In this document: piece by piece, positions 60,961 through 64,000 of the stretch
Position numbering within the stretch: position 1 is the stretch's first letter
Layout of the letters: each line of letters opens with the position of its first letter
Origin: an uncultured Spirochaetota bacterium
Lineage (GTDB): Bacteria > Spirochaetota > Spirochaetia > SZUA-6 > Fen-1364
Assembly (NCBI GenBank): GCA_963845535.1
Contig: CAWJSK010000019.1
Coordinates: forward strand, 256,001 to 320,000
Length of the DNA: 64,000 bases
Direction: 5' to 3'
Notes under the pieces: model-generated
What the model was told of the DNA's origin: nothing
What the model saw: the letters and a program-made list of their open reading frames with translations, nothing else
The model's database searches: none
Program-made: the position numbers and the translations under genes

Positions 60961-62489
60961 GACGATGCCACCGGCGCGGCGGTCGTCAGGTCGCTTCCCG
61001 CCATCAGAAGCCCGATCTGCTCCCGCGTGAGAACGCCCGCTTCGAAGGGTCCCACGATCCGCCCACGGTACATGACGATGATCCGGTCCGCGAGCGCCAT
61101 GACCTCGTCGAGCTCCGCCGAGATCAGCAGAATGGCCACGCCCGCGTCCCGGGCCGCCACCAGCCGGCTATGGACGTACTCGATGGACCCGATGTCCAGC
61201 CCTCGCGTCGGCTGCGCCGCCACAATGAGCTTGAGGGCTCGCGGCAGCTCGCGCGCGACGATCACCTTCTGCTGGTTGCCTCCCGAAAGAGTGCGCACCT
61301 GCACGTTGATGGAAGGCGCGCGGATATCGAAATCGGAAAGCCGCTGCACGGCGACCCGGTTGATCGTTGCCCAGTCGAGCGCGCCACGGTGCGAATAGGG
61401 AGCGGCGTCGTGTACGTCGAGGACGAGGTTCTCCGCGATCGTGAAATCGCCGACCAGCCCGTCCTTCTGGCGGTCCTCGGGGATGTTCGCGACTCCCGCC
61501 CGGAGGAACTGCCACGGCGAGGCCCCCGTCAGGTCGACGTCCGCCACGCGGATGGAACCGTCCACCACCGTCGCGAGACCGGTGACCGCTTCCGCCACTT
61601 CCGTCTGCCCGTTGCCCTGCACACCCGCGATGGCCACGATTTCTCCGGCGCGGACGGTGAACGAGACGCCTTCAACGGCGACCCGGCCCGACTGGTCGAT
61701 GACGGTGAGGCCGCGCGTCTCGAGTACGGCGTTCCCGGGCTTGGCCGGCGCTTTTTTCACCTGGAGCTCCACGCCCCTCCCGACCATCAGGGAGGCGAGC
61801 TGCGCTTCGCTCGTTTCCGCCGGCCGGGTCGTGCCCACCGCCTTACCGAGCCGGATCACGGTGATCCGGTCTGCGATGGCAAGCACTTCCTTCAGCTTGT
61901 GGGTTATGAAGAGGATGGTGCGCCCGGAAGACCGCAAGCGCCGCATCGCGGTGAACAGCTCGTCAGTCTCCTGGGGAGTCAGAACGGCGGTGGGCTCGTC
62001 CAGGATGAGAAGGTGGGCGTCGCGGGCCAACGCTTTCACGATTTCCACCCGCTGCTGCTGACCCACGGACAGCTCGGCGACGACGGCCTCGGGATCCACC
62101 TCCAGCCCGAAGCGCTGGGACATCTCCCTGATCTCGGCGTTCGCGCGCTTGCGGTCCAGGAACCCGAACCGGCGAGTCTGCTCGAAGCCGAGCATGATGT
62201 TCTCCGCGACGGTGAAGGCCGGTATCAGCATGAAGTTCTGGTGCACCATGCCGATGCCGGCCTGGATGGCCTCACCGGGGTTCAGGAAGCGGACCGGCTC
62301 CCCGTTGACCAGGATCCTCCCCCCGTCCGGCCTGTAGAGGCCGCTCAGGACGTTCATGAGAGTGGTCTTACCGGCCCCGTTTTCGCCGAGGAGGGCGAGT
62401 ATCTCGCCCTCCTCGGCGGTCAGATCAATTCCGTCATTGGCGAGCAGGTCGCCAAAACGCTTTGTGATTCCTTGAAGCTCGAGTCGCAT
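60957..62489 (-). CDS. Nucleoside-type ABC ATP-binding protein
   Basis: GENGAGKT, GMVHQNF, LSVGQQQRVEI, LSGGNQQK, QPTRGLDIG. Confidence 0.94.
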   Translation of the reverse strand: MRLELQGITKRFGDLLANDGIDLTAEEGEILALLGENGAGKTTLMNVLSGLYRPDGGRILVNGEPVRFLNPGEAIQAGIGMVHQNFMLIPAFTVAENIMLGFEQTRRFGFLDRKRANAEIREMSQRFGLEVDPEAVVAELSVGQQQRVEIVKALARDAHLLILDEPTAVLTPQETDELFTAMRRLRSSGRTILFITHKLKEVLAIADRITVIRLGKAVGTTRPAETSEAQLASLMVGRGVELQVKKAPAKPGNAVLETRGLTVIDQSGRVAVEGVSFTVRAGEIVAIAGVQGNGQTEVAEAVTGLATVVDGSIRVADVDLTGASPWQFLRAGVANIPEDRQKDGLVGDFTIAENLVLDVHDAAPYSHRGALDWATINRVAVQRLSDFDIRAPSINVQVRTLSGGNQQKVIVARELPRALKLIVAAQPTRGLDIGSIEYVHSRLVAARDAGVAILLISAELDEVMALADRIIVMYRGRIVGPFEAGVLTREQIGLLMAGSDLTTAAPVASS

Positions 62490-62506
62490 CCCGCCTCGGG
62501 CTTCGG

Positions 62507-63556
62507 TTACGGCGCCGGGTAGGACTTGGGATCCACCGAGAGGGTGCCGGCGATGATCTCCTGCTTCGCCGCCTCGATGGCTTTCTTCACCTTTGCCGGT
62601 ATCTTGCTTTCGAAGTCGTGATACGGGGCGATGCTGACTCCGCCGTTCGCCAGTGTGCCGACATAGTTGCCGCCCTGGAACGTGCCCTTCAGGACCTCGA
62701 GAGTCGCGTCCCTGACGGAGACGTCGATCCCTTTCACGACGCTCGTGAGCAGAAGGCTGCCGTACTGGGGCGCCGAGATGAACCCGTCCGTGTCAACCCA
62801 GATCAGGTACGCCGGCTTTTTCGGCGTCGCAGCGTTGTGCTGCTGGACCGCCGCGGCGGCTCCCAGCCCGACGGAGCCCGCGACCGGGAGGATGATGTCA
62901 GCTCCCTGGTTCATCAGGGTCTCGGTCACCGTCTTGCCCTTTGCCTGGTTGGTGAAATCGTTGGTGAAGGTTCCCTGAGCTCCGTCCCAGCCGAGCACCT
63001 GGACCTTCGTCTTGTTCTTCTGGTTGTAGTAGCGCGTGCCGGCGACAAAACCGTTCATGAAGATGGTGACGGTCGGGATGTTCATTCCCCCGAAGGTCCC
63101 CACTTTGCCCGTCTTGGTCATGGCCGCCGCCAGATACCCCGCCAGGAACCCAGCCTGGTCTGTCTGGTAGGTCAGGGCAAGGACGTTCGGAATGGCCGGG
63201 TCATACGAGTAGTCCACGATGGCGAACTTCTGGTCCGGATTGGCCTTCGCCGCGCTGGCTGTGTCATCTCCCATCAGGAAGCCGACCGTTACGATGAGGT
63301 CCGCCTTGCGGTCGATGAACTGCTGGATATTGGGCACGTAGTCACTCTGGTTGGTCGACTGCAGGTACTGAATCTGGAGCGGGTTGCCGACCTGCGCGAG
63401 CTGCAGTCCCTTCCACGCAGACGCGTTGAACGACCGGTCGTCGATTCCGCCGGTATCAGTGACAACACCGGCAAACATGTTGTCGGCGAAGGCGGCGGTG
63501 GCGCAGATCGCAAACGCGACCACGAGCACCAACGCGAAGACTGAAGATCTTCTCAT
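62507..63556 (-). CDS. BMP-family (PnrA/TmpC-like) ABC solute-binding protein
   Basis: Start MRRSSVF at 63556 with GGAGG SD; DTGGIDDRSFN..AW.GL, FLAGYLAA, GADII.PVAG, IWVDTD. Confidence 0.92.
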   Translation of the reverse strand: MRRSSVFALVLVVAFAICATAAFADNMFAGVVTDTGGIDDRSFNASAWKGLQLAQVGNPLQIQYLQSTNQSDYVPNIQQFIDRKADLIVTVGFLMGDDTASAAKANPDQKFAIVDYSYDPAIPNVLALTYQTDQAGFLAGYLAAAMTKTGKVGTFGGMNIPTVTIFMNGFVAGTRYYNQKNKTKVQVLGWDGAQGTFTNDFTNQAKGKTVTETLMNQGADIILPVAGSVGLGAAAAVQQHNAATPKKPAYLIWVDTDGFISAPQYGSLLLTSVVKGIDVSVRDATLEVLKGTFQGGNYVGTLANGGVSIAPYHDFESKIPAKVKKAIEAAKQEIIAGTLSVDPKSYPAP

Positions 63557-63591
63557 ATCGTGTCCTCCCTTAACTGATTTCGGTCGAACGG

Positions 63592-63621
63592 ATTCTACGG
63601 CCCTAAGCCGGCAGTTGTCAA
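63592..63621 (-). promoter_or_regulatory. Sigma70-type promoter of the BMP ABC operon
   Basis: TTGACA-18 bp-TAGAAT about 35 nt upstream of the ATG. Confidence 0.65.
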
Positions 63622-64000
63622 TTGCATCGTCCAGCAACCACCCTCGCGAGCGCGGCGCCCTTGCGGGTGTTGCCGTAGGCATGTGACCGCACTGCAAGGG
63701 GAAGTCAAGGCTTTTCGAGTCGCTGCAAGAACTCATCCTCGGAAACGATCGAGATGCCCAGCTTTTTCGCCTTTTCGAGCTTGCTGCCGGCGCTTTCGCC
63801 GGCGAGGAGATGCGTCGTTTTTGACGTCACGCTGTCGGTGACCCGTCCGCCCCGCTTCTTGACCTCTTCCATGGCAATTTCGCGCGGCTTGAAACGCTGG
63901 AAGCTTCCCGTGACGCACCAGGTCTGGCCGGCAAAAATCCGCGGGAGGCTCGACAGGGCTTTCGTCTTCTTCTCCGCGAAAGAGAGCCCGGCCGCGCGGA

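Noticed and set aside
58424..63556. Calling the BMP ABC system RfuABCD (riboflavin)
   Set aside because: No FMN riboswitch upstream, and BMP specificity cannot be read by eye; nucleoside uptake is the default assignment
63630..64000. Riboswitch or small gene upstream of the BMP operon, including an imperfect hairpin near 63633-63673
   Set aside because: Lies upstream of the predicted promoter, matches no aptamer I recognise, and ORF 63733-63918 has no convincing features

Overview
GC-rich bacterial chromosomal window, most likely from a free-living anaerobic spirochaete. That assignment is inferred from the short ~600-aa AlaRS, solute-binding proteins with 'FAGG..E' signal-peptide ends and a BMP-family ABC system. 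It holds about 55 CDS: several sugar, amino-acid, nucleoside and vitamin ABC systems; three two-component systems (YesMN-like, DesKR-like, sigma54/NtrC-like); alaS, pbpC, clpB, tdh-kbl, nifJ, bshC-bshB1, bioY; GH1 and GH29 glycosidases; and a LolA-like/MacB-like envelope module. I saw no rRNA, tRNA, IS or true CRISPR. Four genes carry single-base frameshifts and one lacks a start codon, most likely long-read indel errors. Strongest leads: (1) a 50-bp tandem array with an inverted copy forming a 30-bp hairpin, running into an ATPase-less, apparently nuclease-dead DUF4143-like HTH gene (13548-14440); (2) an FMN riboswitch with A at two normally G core positions, whose P1 stem sequesters the RBS of a fused RibXY-like transporter; (3) phased operator arrays upstream of the DesKR-linked export module and of the ChvE/GguAB operon; (4) repeated leaderless promoter architecture; (5) bacillithiol genes in a probable spirochaete. 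All family assignments are motif recognition by eye, not database searches.
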